A stretch of DNA of 63,508 bases from assembly GCA_003427395.1 (NCBI GenBank), contig BFEA01000036.1, forward strand, positions 3,344,640-3,408,147, read 5' to 3'. Each line of letters begins with the position of its first letter. The stretch's first letter is position 1. Under the pieces are notes generated by a model. The model did not search any database, was not told the DNA's origin, and was given only the letters and a program-made list of their open reading frames with translations. The position numbers and the translations under genes are program-made. This document shows positions 1 to 13,675 of this stretch, in pieces. The DNA is from Chara braunii (taxonomy: Eukaryota > Plantae > Charophyceae).

Positions 1-1938
1 AGGGCCTGAAAATGGCCCTCCGTTTCAGGCTGGAAAAACTCTGGGTCTGAAAGACCCAGAAATAGGCTGAAACGGAGTAGGGCCTGCAGGCCCTCGTTTT
101 TCAGCTTTGAGGCTGAAACGACCGGGGCCTGTTAGCCCTAAGTTTTAGGCTTTTAGGCTGAATGTCCGGGACGGGCCCTGCAGGGCCCGTGTGGCTATGC
201 AGTATGCCACATGGAGTCTCTCTTGGGAGCTCTAGGTGATTGCTCTTATCAACACCCCTAGCACCCACAAGGGATGTTTTTTTAGAAAAAAGGCCAAAAC
301 AGGAGGCAGATCGGCTGACAACGAGAACCATCATCGGTAGCTGAAGTACGAAAGATAACACTGATGCCTTGGGGATTAGCACCACTTGCAACTTTTTTTT
401 TCCTGACAGAAGGTCGCAGTAATTTCCCCGCTACATCCCCGGTCCTTCCTTTTGGTTGGATGGTATGCATCGAGGGTAGTTCTAGTGTGAAAATGGCATG
501 AGCGTCAGACATGCTCGATCTGCGCATCCATGCCTGGTCTGCAGAGAATTGAATTAATAAAGAAAGAAAAGCAAGTATCGCATCCCTTCAGCACCAAATC
601 TACCACTAAACCCACCCGTCCATCTGAAGCTAAATTGACAAACCAAAAATGCATTTCTCCGAGCCTTGAATCTACAGTACAGGCCTTTGGACAAATGAAA
701 GGTGGTAGCCCTTTTCCCACCGAACCTCTACCAGGCCTCGGCACTGTACATTTTGGCCCAGTACTTGTAAACAAGTAAAGTCCGTCGGACTGGTGGTTTA
801 AAGGGAACCCCTAAGCCCCTCACCACTTCCATGACTCCTCTCCCTCCAGTCTAACTCTGAAACCACCTCCCTTTTTTATTTTGCGATCCCCCACACCTAA
901 CCTATTCCATCATTAGTGTCCGCGCTCCCCCCCATCCCGCAGGTGTGTTTGGTATGGGTAAAAATGCACGATGTACACTGCAGATTACACGGACGGTACG
1001 TTGCAATGTTATGTTTTTTATGTCCTGAAAGTATGTCAGTACAACAAAGTACAGGGTTCCCAGTGCATCCATCTGGTCGAGCTGCGTCGCACAAATACAT
1101 TGACAAGAGGTTGAAATTCGCAATTTTAATTTTTAAACCACCACTGTCCCCAAAAACGACCATCCGATCTTATTGATTTTCCTGGGCCTGAGCCTGGTTA
1201 TCCCCCTTGGATTTCATAATTCTTCGTCCCCCCCCCCAATAGAGGCTGAGCCAGCTCCATCCATTACTAAAATCCAGACCAAGTTCAAAGGAGACAGCCA
1301 GGCTATCATAACCCTCCACAGACACAGAACCCTGGCCAATTACACATTACATATCAGGTTACAACCTCAGGAAACAGATCTAACTAAGAGGTGATCGCAC
1401 CGGTATAGTCCACGCAGTACAGACACGTACTCTCCACGACAGCCTCCGGAAAACATCGACAAGATATGGCATGTTGCTTGTGTGTTGTCAAAAAACCCCA
1501 GACACTCTCTCTCTCTCTCATTCCATCCACATACCATCACAGACCATCCATACAACAAAAAACGTGTGTGTGGGCAAAATATAATAGACGATGCAAGGTT
1601 ACCTGCGTTTGTGTGGTTGAGCGGGAAGTGCCCACACACCCGTCTGCTGCCAAAGCGGCACACTTGCACAGATATTATATAGGTTTTGTTAATCTAAAGA
1701 TACAGGAAAGCGACAAGTGCCCCCTCACCTGTCTGCCGCCGAAGCGTACAACTCCAGCCTGCTCCAGAGAATCACATACCAGGCACAGATCCAAACATTC
1801 ATGCATACATCGCTGGAGGACAAACGGTAACATCCTTAACAAATGACCACAAAGAATGAGCGCACCACAACACAGAAGACACTACCAACAAGAAAGCACC
1901 GACCAAGGTCCCACAGGTCCAGAAAAATCGGGAGAGCC

Positions 1939-1954
1939 TGTGTGTGTGTGTGTG

Positions 1955-2008
<54 letters not shown>
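1939..2008. repeat. (TG)n microsatellite abutting assembly gap
   Basis: Direct. A (TC)n run also occupies 63447-63508. Confidence 0.95.
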
Positions 2009-2188
2009 NNNNNNNNNNNNNNNNNNNNNNNNNNNNNNNNNNNNNNNNNNNNNNNNNNNNNNNNNNNNNNNNNNNNNNNNNNNNNNNNNNNNNNNNNNNN
2101 NNNNNNNNNNNNNNNNNNNNNNNNNNNNNNNNNNNNNNNNNNNNNNNNNNNNNNNNNNNNNNNNNNNNNNNNNNNNNNNNNNNNNNNN

Positions 2189-2249
2189 GGTGCATAACGC
2201 TGCGAATGACTTCCTTGTCACGATTAACAAATGCACCTGCCAAAATGGA
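2189..2249 (-). CDS. MATE/DTX transporter exon 6 in window (runs into N-gap)
   Basis: TTGCAG|TCC, phase 0. SILAGAFVNRDKEVIRSVMH matches the expected AILA.AFA..DY......RVLQ segment after ...LAGQ. The 3' end is hidden by the gap 2009-2188; later exons were not found in 1-2008. Confidence 0.8.
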
Positions 2250-2988
2250 CTGCAAGAGACCAAAAAAACAAAGCAGCAGCAGCCAGGAATTTGATCACAG
2301 AAAACGCCTCATACATACATGCATGCAGCTCAGTCATTTAATCGAGGACACTAAGGTCTGAGAGATGGGTGCATAAGCATGCGAGAGAACACAGTGTCTG
2401 GCAACTTGTGGCAAGGGTGAGCCCATATTAAAAAAATCAATACAACTGGTTTATCAACTTTATCTATACACAACAAGCATGGGACTTAGATAGCTGGTAC
2501 ACCCGTCAATAGACTGTACCAAGTTCTTCTAGAAGCGTTAACTTCCTGGGTAATGATAGTTACGGATTTGCTTTCTTTTGATTTTCAGTTTTTCTGAAAG
2601 TTTATCGTGCAGATCACAGCGCCTTGTAACCATGTAACGAGAAGGTCCATTCTATCCTTAGGGAGCAGCACCCAGTTTACCCTCCACTAGAAGGGATACG
2701 ATATTAAGTCAAGAATCAAGATTAACCGACATTGAGCAAGGGCATAGACACATACAGAAGCAGAACCCAGGTTATCTCAAACCTTCATTATTGGTGAAGG
2801 TTCGATACGGCTGTACCCTTAATTTCCCGCCCAAGTATTTCCCTCTGTCCTGTGACCGTGTACGCAGTTCCTATACTGTCAGTGTATCTGGGGCTGCCCT
2901 GCTGAACCATCCTGCTTCAGTTTCAGGTGCCCTTTTTCGCCCTCACAAGGCTCCAACTGCTTACCAAAATGGACACCCACTTGACCAC

Positions 2989-3180
2989 GGCCAACTTTGT
3001 GGTAAACTTTCCGGTCAACTTTGTGGTCACCTTTATGGTCAACTTTGTGGTCACGTTTGCCGTCAACTTTATGGTCAACTTTGTGGTCAATCTTGCGGTC
3101 AATCTTGTGGTCAACTTTGCAGTCAACTTTGCGGTCAATCTTGTGGTCAACTTTGCGGTCAACTTTGTGGTCAACTTCAG
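2989..3180. repeat. 12-bp tandem array (GGTCAACTTTGT)n, about 16 units; a shorter array at ~3369-3428
   Basis: Directly visible periodicity. Block ~3130-3370 is also duplicated at ~3370-3618. Confidence 0.95.
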
Positions 3181-4239
3181 TAACCCAGTGCTGCTTACAG
3201 AAGCCGGTTCCAGCCCCAACATATCAAAATGGGCATGGCCTTAGAGGAGGCCCGGGATGCGCCAGGGCCCTAAAGAGATGACGGTGATGGTTGCAGTTGC
3301 TTTATCAAGACTCTGCCACATTCTGGTCATTGGAAATTGCAGGGGCAAAACGAAGATGATTCTCCCCAGGTCAACTTTGTGGTCAACTTTCCTGTCGACT
3401 TTGCGGTCAACTTCGTGGTCAACTTTAGTAACCCAGTGCTGCTTTCAGAAGTCGGCTGCAGCCCCAACATATCAAGATGGGCACGGCCTTAGAGGACGCC
3501 CGGGATGCAACAGAGCCCTAAAGAGATGAAGGTGATCGTTGCAGTCTCTTTATCAAGCCTCTCCCACATTCTGCTTATTCGAAATTGCAGGGGCAAAACG
3601 AAGATGATTCTCCCCAGAGAATCAGAAAAGGCTGCATGTACCCTAACAGGTTAAATAGCCACATCATCTTCCCACAGACTGAAAAGAGGACTAACGCCGC
3701 TAAGCCACCTGGAGAATGAGAAGAGTGGTGCCAACTGCAGAATGAGAAGAAGGCTGAGGGATAGCCCCAAATGTACTGGATGTACTACCTTCCCCCGAGC
3801 CAACACAACCTGATCATTAATGCACACAGGGTATCTTTCAGGTCCCATGCAGTCATCATCGGGATGCCTTGTGTTCAGGGGGAAGACTGTAGTTTGTCGT
3901 AGAGAAATGTGATGGTCACGATCGCATGAGAAAACTCAACTCCGGAGAACATGCGCCAGGTACATATTATAAGTACGGAGAACCAGTACTACATAGCTGA
4001 GTAGGGAGGACCACCACATCTGAGCCTCTCTTTTTGCCGTGGCGGATTCACACTGCGCGCCAAGCTTTGTCGAACCGCCTGCAGCACACTTTTTTTCCCT
4101 TTTCTGGGTGCCGCCACCAGCCGTTATTCTCAAGTTTGCCTGGGCAATGTACTGGTGGTTTATTTAAGTCGTCAACAGAATGTGAAGCAGGCTAACACAC
4201 CAACCCACCCACCCACATAATGAGAAAAGGTCTATAGAG

Positions 4240-5347
4240 TGCAAGGAATATGAGTGGGAACGATATACAGAGAGCCAAGTTGCGAAATCACACAGATGTC
4301 CAAGTAGTCGTGTACAAGCAGAGAGCACAATTGCACCCAGATTCCATCCTAATAAGACCAATACAATGAAGTCATGAGCCAATGTTCAAGCCCTCAGGCC
4401 ACACCAACACAGTATCCAATGTCGCTCCTCTCTGTCTGGCGACCAGCGCCCAGCCTACACTACTTGCCTATCCTACCTACATCCACATTCACGCAACAGG
4501 CTCACTTCGACTTTGAAGACCAATGTACATGACGTCAACACCATAGCCGACCTCCCTTATGCACCAGGTAGGTATCTCGTCTCCCCTCATCAGACCCTGA
4601 CCATCCACACTCGCCTCCTTCCTGAAGACCACCGATTGCCCCTTACCCCCTAGCGCCCTGCAGCCCGGCTATGGCTGCCTGCGCTCCGCTGCCCAGCAGC
4701 GCCTCTCTCACCTCACAAGTGCCCGCACGCGCCCTGGCCTGCTAAGGCAGCACGCAGCCTGTCACCCAGCAACGCAGCAGCGTGACCGCAATGCCTGTGT
4801 GGGCCAGAATGCCTGACCCTGGCTGCCTCCTTCCCTATATGGCAGGGGCAGCCTCTGTTTGGTTGTGTGTGGCCTGGCTGGGAAGCTTCCAGTAGCTTCC
4901 AGCCGGGCCCTAATGCCTGCGCCCAGGCCCAGCTCTGCAGTTGAGGGCCTGGGCCCTTTACAGCTGGGCATGGCCTGAGTTTCCAGACTTGAGCCGTTTG
5001 CTGCATTTGCGCAGGACCGAGGTATGTACGTCGATAATGCTGTTTTTTCGTAGGCCCGTAGCCACTTCGTGATGTATCTGCCCTGCGTTGTGTGTGTATG
5101 TGCCCAGACGCAACTACCAAGGCCTGGGCCCAACTGTACGGTGCAGCTTAGGGAGGCTCACACTTCCATTCAACCAAACTGGCGTGCTGCAACTGCCTGA
5201 GTACCCACATATGGAAACTGTAAAATTTTGGCCTCTAGAGAATATTTAGGCCCGCCTTCACTTAGGGCGGGCACGGGGCTTGCTAAGGGCCGCTGCCCAG
5301 AACATGTGCATGTCTGATAAGGGCCCTGTGAGGGCTCATTCCTCGCA
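4240..5347 (-). repeat. 3' LTR of element B
   Basis: TG...CA ends. ~4497-4725 matches ~33092-33325 and ~4726-5347 matches ~37906-38525. Confidence 0.88.
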
Positions 5348-5386
5348 TTCCATCCCCCTTAGCTTCGCAAGTCCGCTGAGATGCTT

Positions 5387-5456
5387 CATGCTGCTGCCTT
5401 CCCCTTCAGTCTTCGCTCGTATTCGGCCACGATCTAAGGAGCTGTCTTGACAAGTT
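5387..5456 (-). pseudogene. C-terminal end of element B chromodomain, displaced by element C
   Basis: Removing element C and one TSD copy gives in-frame ...RWFTKEE|LVKTAP*IVAEYERRLKGKAAA*. Confidence 0.85.
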
Positions 5457-6679
5457 TGTAATGAACCCAGTCTGGCAGATACTCAGAAGTCGTCAAACAT
5501 CAGTAGTCTCGTCCTCTGCCTCAAAGTCTCCAAATCGTGAAGTGATAACTCAAACAGTACCTTATTACCATAAAAAGGAAGAGAGAGAGTGGAGGGGGAA
5601 CAGACAAAGGAGAAGATGAAAGATCACACAGTACTCACACAGTACTCCCTTCAGACCCCTCTCCTTCACAGGGCTTCTTCCCTCTCCACATCAATAATGA
5701 TAATAAGTATATTCCTGATCACACACAATGGTGCCTCGTGGCACTTGATCTCGTGAAGACCATGAAGATATAGCAGATTCTAGTGACGACGTCAACTTCA
5801 GGTGAGTACCCGACCTCCATCCACAGATCCCGACCTTCCTCCTCCTCGCAACCAGTCACATCATGTAGACAGCGTGGACAGTGCCACGTCAACAGTCAAG
5901 ATAGGTGGCATATGCCACATCATCCAGGAAGACCAGTGGCAGCGCCACATCAGCATGCACTTTAGACCAGAGGCAGCACCACATCAGCATGCAATGTAGA
6001 CCAGAGGTAGCACCACATCAGCATGCAATGTAGACCAGAGGTAGCGCCACATCAGCATGCAATGTAGACCAGAGGTAGCGCCACATCAGCATGCCATGAA
6101 GACCAGAGGCAGCACCACATCAGCATGCCATGAAGACCAGAGGCAGCGCCACATCAGCATTGTATGACGCATAGAAGAAGTGCCAGCATGCTGCCTCCAC
6201 CTTGTGTTGTCGTACGCAATGCCTGTGCACAGCCAGCATGTAGCAGCGTCATGCTAGCATGCAGCCAGCGTCTAGTCAAAGTCGAGCCAGCGTCAAAGCA
6301 GCATAGCAAAACTGAATGCTTGACTCATTCGAGGCCAGCCTTTAGTAGCAGTGGTCGAGGCTGTCTGGCCTCGATGCTTTTTCCACAGTCGTCCAGATTG
6401 GCTCACATCGGAAGGCCCGCATTGTACAATTGCAGACTTCTCCCTTGGACCTGATGTTGTCTGGGTACCTGCATACAAACAAGTGTGTGTGCTTGACCAG
6501 CGGCCTGGGCTAGGTACCTTTGGAATTTGACTGTTGAGTGGACCGAGTCAACTGTCACACGCCCAGGCCCTGAATTCGTATGGGGTCTTTTTCCCCTGTT
6601 TTGGCCTGGGCTGAGGGCGGCCAAGTAGGCCCTCAGATGACCCTCAGCTTCCACGAGACATATGGCATGGGTTATTGCA
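5457..6679 (-). repeat. 3' LTR of element C (contains 7 x 34-bp tandem units at 5945-6160)
   Basis: Direct repeat of 12553-13675. Unit CCACATCAGCATGCAATGTAGACCAGAGGTAGC(A/G) recurs every 34 bp. Confidence 0.95.
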
Positions 6680-6789
6680 TTCCTGTCGGCCCAGTTTTCG
6701 AGTTCCATCGCAGAAAATACATTAATTTTCACTTAACCCACATTCATATGCAAAAACAATGCCAGGAGCAGTAGGTAGGAGTTCTTTCC

Positions 6790-9700
6790 TACTAAACCAT
6801 CTGGCTTCAGATGGAGGTTGGGTCTTGAACTTTACCTTATACTGCTTTTGAGGTCATCCCTGCCACCTGTAGAAAAATAGCCATGTTCCATCCAATATTC
6901 TTTCAACTTCATAGCCTTCATTCATAGAGGGTGGAAAAATAGATGGCCTATTTGAAAAGTTATCACTTTCTACATAGGGTAACAGCTTAGACGCATGGAA
7001 GACGGGGTATGTCCTGAGATGTGGAGGTACATCTATACAATAGGAAGGTCCATCTTTACCTCCAATTACTTTGAGAACTTCCCAGGGTCCATTGTAGACA
7101 GGTAGCAGTTTATGTGACACATTTCTTCTATGGAAAACTCTTTAGACTTAACCCAAACAAGGTCCCCTTCTTGAAATTGTGAAGGTCGACGATGTTTACT
7201 AGCTTGTTCTAGCATTTGTAGTTGGGATTTCTATATGTTCTTCTTCATATAAAACTGCGAATTCACGTGTACCTGGGGGTAGCCTTTGAATTTGATCCAT
7301 GGTTAGTGCATCAATGGGACGCCTAGGCTTCCATCCTTTATGCAGTGCGTTAAGCGTTCTACCTGTGGCAGTATGTGTACTGTTATTATACACTAGCAAT
7401 TTTCTAGGCAAGTTCTTGTCCCAATCAATCTGGTAACGACAGACATACATTCGCAAAAGTTGTTGGCAGAGACGATTCATTTGCTCAGTTTGGCCATTCG
7501 TTTCAAGATGTCGGCCTGACGACATGGTCAACCTGGTGAACTGAACATCTCTATCGGATACGATGGTTTTAGGAAATATATACCCAGAAACCCATCGCAT
7601 TTGAAACTTTTGAATGACTAGTTCAGTTATAGCTTCAGCAGGTAAAGGAATGAACATAGCATACTTGGATCATTCCCATAACCCTAGCGGATATGTTCTT
7701 TCAGTTCATTTCCGATATCGAGATAGGAGACAATAGTTTTAAATAAATTTGCGCGCCTGGACAAAGAATCCGCAACCACGTTAGACTTACCTTTGATAGC
7801 TTTCACCTCAAAGTCAAATGTGTCAAGGAATGCGAACCACCTTACCAACTTGTCGGAGAGCTTCGACTGAGTCTTGATCCACTTCAGAGTAAAGTGATCA
7901 GAGTAGACAGTGAAATGCCTCCCTAATAAGTAGTGTTTATAGGTATCTAGTGCAGCAACTAAGGCATACTGTTCCCTTTCGTAGGTGGAGTCGGCCACTT
8001 TCTCTGGCGGACGTCTTTCGGACATAAACTCAATAGGTCTATATCCCTTACCGTCATCTTGCTGTAACACAGCCCCAATCCCATACTGACTGACGTCAGT
8101 CGTAACGATGAAGGGGGGAGAAGGATCAGCAATCTTTAGGAGAGAATCGTGAGTCAGAGTATGTTTTAACTTCCACAACGATGACTCGCAGTCTTTGTCC
8201 CACAACCAAGGCTTTTCGTTTTTCACTAATCTTCTCATAGGAACAACTATCAAGGAAAAGTTTATAACAAACTTCCTATAGTAGCTAGCAAGTCCTAGGA
8301 AAGATCTTATTTTGGTTATAGTCTTAGGTTGTGGCCAATCTCTGATTGTTGTAATCTTCTTTTCTTCAGACCTTAGTCCTTCTTCGTTCACTGTATGCCC
8401 TAAGTACAAGACTTTGGGCTTAGCAAACTCGGACTTTTTCGGATTCAATTTGAAGTTGCCCTCGCGCAATTTCTGTAAGACCATTCCTAGATGTTTCTCG
8501 TGGTCTTCTAGTGTCTTACAGTACACTAGAATATTGTTGAGATATACTACTACGAATTGATCAAACCATTGTCTAAACAACTCATTCATGAACCTTTGGA
8601 AGGTCGCAGGTGTGTTGGTCAATCCGAATGGCATAACCACGAACTCATAGTGACCATACCCAGTTCGGAATGTCGTCATGTGTTGATCCTCAAAAGCCAC
8701 TTCTATCTGGTGGTACCCTGACTTGAGATCAATCTTGCTAAAGTATCTACACCCCTGCAACTGATCCAATAGATCGTCAATGCGCGGAAGAGGTTCCGCG
8801 TTTTTAACAATGACGAAATTCATCCCGCGATAGTCAATACAAAAATGAAGTTCACCTTGCTTTTTGGGTACAAATAAGACAGGCGCACCATAAGGAGATG
8901 AGCTAGGGTGAATTCATCCCTTGTCGATAAGTTCTTGCAACTGCTTCCGAAGTTCCTCAAGTTCTCTGGGAGACATTCGGTAAATGAGACCCTTGGGAAT
9001 CTTGCTTTTGGAAATGATATCGATTGTGTGCTTAATAGCACGCTCAGTAATTCCCGTTGGCTCAATTTGTGAGTCCTTATACTCATCGAGAAGTCTTTTG
9101 ATAGAAGGTGGATAGGATGAGGAACACTCACCTACTCACTTGACAAGCACCATCATCACCTCCTGATCCAACTTCTTTTTTACTACCATCGATCGGAAAG
9201 TTGGGTAACTCGTACAGCAGAAAGACAGAGTAGAGTCAGAGCCAGACCTATGATATAACTTTATAGCACGTAGTTCGGACTTTTCGTCCTCAAGTTTGAC
9301 AATCTTATCTTTGAATTTAACTATGGGTCGGCTTCCTCATGCCAATCCATACCTAGAAATAAATCAAAGGGTAATTTTTCTCAATTAGAAAGGATACTTC
9401 ATGTAAAAAAAAATTCCCTTCCTTAGTCCTAAAATAACATTTGACACGATCGACATATTGAGAGACAGTGATCGTGCTCTTATCACCCAGTATAGACGTG
9501 ATAGGTCTAGGTAAGTCTTTTACCTTCATTCCCAGATGCAACTTACAAATTGCCTTTTCTGAGATATAAGACCACATCGATCCCGGATCTAACAAGGCAC
9601 CTACTCGTGTGTGCGCAATCTCAACATTTGTGATCATAAACTCACCCTTAGACTTAGTTTTTTTAGCCCACGAACTCCAAAGTGCTATCAGTTCATTGCT

Positions 9701-9877
9701 AAGTTCGTCAACGGAATCGTTCAGTGAAACATAGCAAACAACATTGTCTAGGTGCTCTGGACAATGGGCCGAAGAAGAGTCATCCTCTGCCTTAAGAGTC
9801 AAAGGGGTAGAAGGGGTTATAGGCGCCTTACCTTTGTCTTCGTCTAATCCCTTTGACTCCGTAGGAGCAGATGCCAC
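6790..9877 (-). pseudogene. pol: Element C pol (protease, RT, RNase H, partly deleted integrase, chromodomain)
   Basis: ALLDPGS protease, PLPRIDDLLDQL, FSKIDLKSGYHQI, VMPFGLTN, catalytic YLDD decayed to YLNN, TDVSQYGIGAVL, NGQTEQMNR, GPW..YPVFHASKL, YEVERILD. Confidence 0.95.
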
Positions 9878-9879
9878 TC

Positions 9880-11766
9880 CTACTGGCTGCTTGCTTTTGG
9901 GTTACGAATAAGTGGGCACCAGGCTATCACGTGCCCCATGGTGCCACACTTGAGGCATTGGCGGTTGTCCATTTTGGAATGCCATTCCTCCCGGGTCATG
10001 TTCATTTTTTCCCAAGGTCTCCCGAACGCGATGCCAGGATGCTCGGGGAACGAGCGTGGCCTCCTCTTCTTCTTTCATTGGTTCTGGTCTCCCTTGTTGG
10101 CCATTATAGCAGTCACATCACCCTTCCCAGATTCACTGTCGCCGTTACCTCCTCCTCCCGCAGACTCGTCAAGAGGTACCTTTTCCACTGTATCATCATT
10201 AAAAACAACTAACGTGTGGTCCTGCCGCTTTTGCCGCCAAATGACTCACTTACCATAACGACCCACCGACTGTACCACCGAAGTGTAAGACCCTTTAACC
10301 TGTGCGGTCATCTGCTCTCGTTGGAGAGCGAGATCGTGAAATTGCCAATAGTTATACTTACCAGACTTCGCTTCTGCCACGAGCTGTCCACGAATGGGCT
10401 CGGGCAAGGCGCGTGAGAAGATATATAAAACCTGGTTATCCTGAAGGTTCAGTTTAGGTACCTCCAAAAGACAATCAACTTCACGCGACAAAGCATCAAC
10501 TGAAGTCCAATGTTTCTGGCCAATGGTGGTGAGTTTGTCGAAAGCCTTATCGGTCGTCGTCTTGTTAAGAAATCTTTCCTTGATCTTTTGGAGAAACTGC
10601 TTGAGGTCAAGGGTCTTAGCCCAATCACCGATATCCTCAAAACCAGCAGCATTGGCTTCTGCCAGCACCCATTCCTTGGCTACTCCTCCAAGACCAAACG
10701 TAGAGAACGCGACCTGACTCTCAAGCTCAACGGGTGCAGTGCTACAATAAGGCTGGATTTCCGCAATCCATAACAACAGGTTTTTTTCCTTCTTGTTGTT
10801 ATACGTCAATGGCAATTTCATTTTAACTTTTTCCTTCTTCTTTGGTTTCTCCGCTTCTTTGACCGGTTCCTCTTTCTTAGTGGGTTCTTTTTTTTTCTCG
10901 GTCGGTCTCTCAGGTTCTTTCTTAGAACCTTCGGCTTTGTCTGGCGTCACTCGCTTCATGGCATCCTTCATCAATTTCTCTTGGGGTTCCTTCTTTGTTA
11001 ACTCCCCCCTGGTCGCCTCCTCAAATCCTACCTTGTCCTTTCCTTTCAGGATTTTGGTCACTGTTTCCAATGAGGCAGTGTTGTTGTCAATCTTCTTTTC
11101 AAGGGAAACAAGATAGATCATAATGGACTGAAGGATGGATGCAAGCTCGCTGCCTGCTTCTTCATAATGAAATCTTTGTCTTAATTATTCCATTATCTCT
11201 TCTTCTTCTTCTTGCGCTTCTTGTAGTCTTTGAAACTCCTCGATCTTTTTCCTCTCTTCTCTCAGAGTGTTTTCTAATTGTCTGACATTTTCCTCCATTA
11301 CCTCAACAAACGGATGTGGTTCTGCTTTCTTTTTCTTTTCTTTTTCTCTTCTCTTTTTTTTTTCTTGTTCCATCTTAGCAAATCCCTCGGCCACGTGCCG
11401 GTCAAGGACTATTCATCCTTGCTTGATGAGGTCCTCAATCTTCTTGCCAATCTCTATTAATTGAATAGTTGTCTCTGCGACGTTCAATTCATCTTTTGCG
11501 GCATGCGGATTGAATTGGTTGTGGATCTGTTGTTCAATCTCTGATCCGGCGTCGTGTACTTCACCGAGAAACTGATGTAGAAGACCAATTAAAGTCTTCT
11601 TTCTCGCATCGATTTGCCCACGGGTCTTTAATTCCCCCCCTTCTTCATCGACATAGACTATGAGAGGGATAGGGAAGAAGAAAAAAGGAACGAATTGCGT
11701 CAAGATTGAGGCACGCAGACATTTCCAGAGGGAGTTCATCTTTCCACACGTGTAGATGCCGCACAA
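9880..11766 (-). pseudogene. gag: Element C gag (long K/E-rich coiled-coil N-terminus, gag core, CCHC knuckle), broken
   Basis: ORF 11185-11394 is in frame with 10246-11121 across one stop. CLKCGTMGHVIAWCP knuckle near 9915-9960. Confidence 0.85.
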
Positions 11767-12537
11767 TGAATAAAATCAGAAGACAATAATTGATTCCGCG
11801 ACACACGCAATTTTTACAGCAAGAAACAACAAGGCATATATAAAGAAGCAGGTTCTGAATCAATTTCTAATTCTAACTTTGCTATTTGTTTCCTATGTGA
11901 TGATGTCCTACAGCTACAGGTACCGCAACCACAGCCAGTGTGATCAAGACAACAACACACTTGTGAGTACACACAACATCCACAGAACAGACAACAGGTA
12001 ACTAGAAAAGCCAGCACAACAATACAATCAATAGTTAGCTCCTACTTTATCATCTGCAGAAACAATGTGTCCCTCAACAACAAGTGCACAATCACACTCT
12101 CAGCAGCCTGTGTGCATGCCACGTGTCACCCCTGGCATGCCAACCCCGCCATACTGCCACGTCAGCATCAAAGACCGGAACAGTCTACAAGGAGGAATGC
12201 CACGTTGCAATGCATGTATACTACCACTCAAGACCAGCATACCATGTCAGCACATCAACAAGCCCAGCATACCACATAACAATGTGCCAAATCAGCGGTA
12301 CCAATCTCTCTCTGCACCAGCGCCACATCAGCACATTGCCAACGAAGCTCTTGCCGGCATCTTGAATCTTCAATGTTCAAGGGACAGTTGCTCGCATGTG
12401 CAATACTACCATGTATAGACTTGCGGTATGACTGCGAGCATTAATAAACGCGTTTCGTTTTGCACATGTGGCACTTTCCCACTTACCTGGGTGCCACGTC
12501 AGCACCTGACAGACAGCAGATTGCGATGAAGAAGTTT

Positions 12538-12549
12538 GCTATGATACCA
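12538..12549 (-). promoter_or_regulatory. Primer binding site, tRNA-iMet type, element C
   Basis: Minus strand ...ATTACA-ATT-TGGTATCATAGC, one mismatch to the canonical TGGTATCAGAGC. Confidence 0.88.
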
Positions 12550-12552
12550 AAT

Positions 12553-13675
12553 TGTAATGAACCCAGTCTGGCAGCTACTCAGAAGTCGTCAAACATCGGT
12601 AGTCTCATCATCTGCATCAAAGTCTCCAAATCGTGAAGTGATAACTCAAACAGTATCTTATTACCATGAAAACGAAGAGAGTGGAGGGGGAAAAGACAAA
12701 GGAGAAGATGAAAGATCACACAGTAATCCCTTCAGGCCCCTCTCCTTCTCCGGGCTTCTTCCCTCTCCACATCAATAATGATAAAAAGTGTATTCCTGAT
12801 CACACACAATAGTCCCACGTGGCACTTGATCTCGTGAAGACCATGAAGATATAGCAGATTCCAGTGACGACGTCAACCTCAGGTGAGTATCATCCACAGA
12901 TCTCGACCTTCCTCCTCCTCGCAACCAGTCACCTCATGTAGAGTGCCACGTCAGCAGTCGAGATAGGTGGCATATGCCACATCAACATGCACTGTAGATC
13001 AGATGTAGCGCCACATCAGCATGCAATGTAGACCAGAGGTAGCACCACATCAGCATGCAATGTAGACTCGAGGTACCGCCACATCAGCATGCCATGAAGA
13101 CCAGAGGCAGTGCCACATCAGCATGCCATGAAGATCAGAGGCAGCACCACATCAGCATTGTATGGCGCATAGAAGAAGCGCCAGCATGCTGCCTCCACCT
13201 TGTGTTGTCGTCCGCAATGCCTGTGCACAGCCAGCATGTAGCCAACGTCGCGCTAGCATGCAGCCAGTGTCTAGTCAAAGTCGAGCCAGCGTCAAAGCAC
13301 CATAGCAAGACTGAATGCTTGACTCATTCGAGGCCAGCTTTAAGTAGCAATTGTCGAGGTTGTCTGGCCTCAATGCTTTTTCCATAGTCGTTCAGATTGG
13401 CTCACATCTGAAGGCCCGGATTGTACAGTTGCAGACTTCTCCCTTGGACCTGATGTTGTCTGGGTACCTGCATACAAACAAGTGTGTGTGCTTGACCAGC
13501 AGCCTGGGCTAGGTACCTTGGGACTTTGACTGTTGAGTGGACCGTTAACTGTCACACACCCAAGCCCTGAATTCGTATGGGGTCTTTTTCCCCTGTTTTG
13601 GCCAGGGCTGAGGGCGGCCAAGTAAGCCCTCAGATGACCCTCGCTTCCCCGAGACATATGGCATGGGTTATTGCA
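12553..13675 (-). repeat. 5' LTR of element C (6 x 34-bp units at 12977-13160)
   Basis: Direct repeat of 5457-6679, followed on the minus strand by the PBS. Confidence 0.95.

Larger units (their letters stand above)
5457..13675 (-). mobile_element. Ty3/Gypsy chromovirus LTR retrotransposon C nested in B
   Basis: Paired LTRs 5457-6679 and 12553-13675 (TGTAATGAACCC...GGGTTATTGCA). 4-bp TSD AGTT at 5453-5456 and 13676-13679. PBS present; gag-PR-RT-RH-INT-chromodomain remnants. Confidence 0.95.

Noticed and set aside
101-1940. Further downstream MATE exons
   Set aside because: No peptide matching the expected LG..G / FVAATQPIN.LAFVFDG segments was found. They probably lie in the gap or left of the window.
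2791-3281. Cys-rich GQLC-repeat protein and overlapping repeat ORFs
   Set aside because: By-products of a stop-free 12-bp tandem array open in several frames.
2851-3648. Separate TG..CA solo LTR around the 12-bp array
   Set aside because: Weak terminal similarity and no TSD (GTCC vs GGTT).
5945-6160. CRISPR-like regularly spaced repeats (also 12977-13160, 34503-34990, 2989-3180)
   Set aside because: Units are head-to-tail with no unique spacers, lie inside LTR-type elements, and there are no cas genes. The context is eukaryotic.
12553-13675. LTR shared by two tandem retrotransposons
   Set aside because: The AGTT TSD and the rejoined chromodomain show element C is nested in B.
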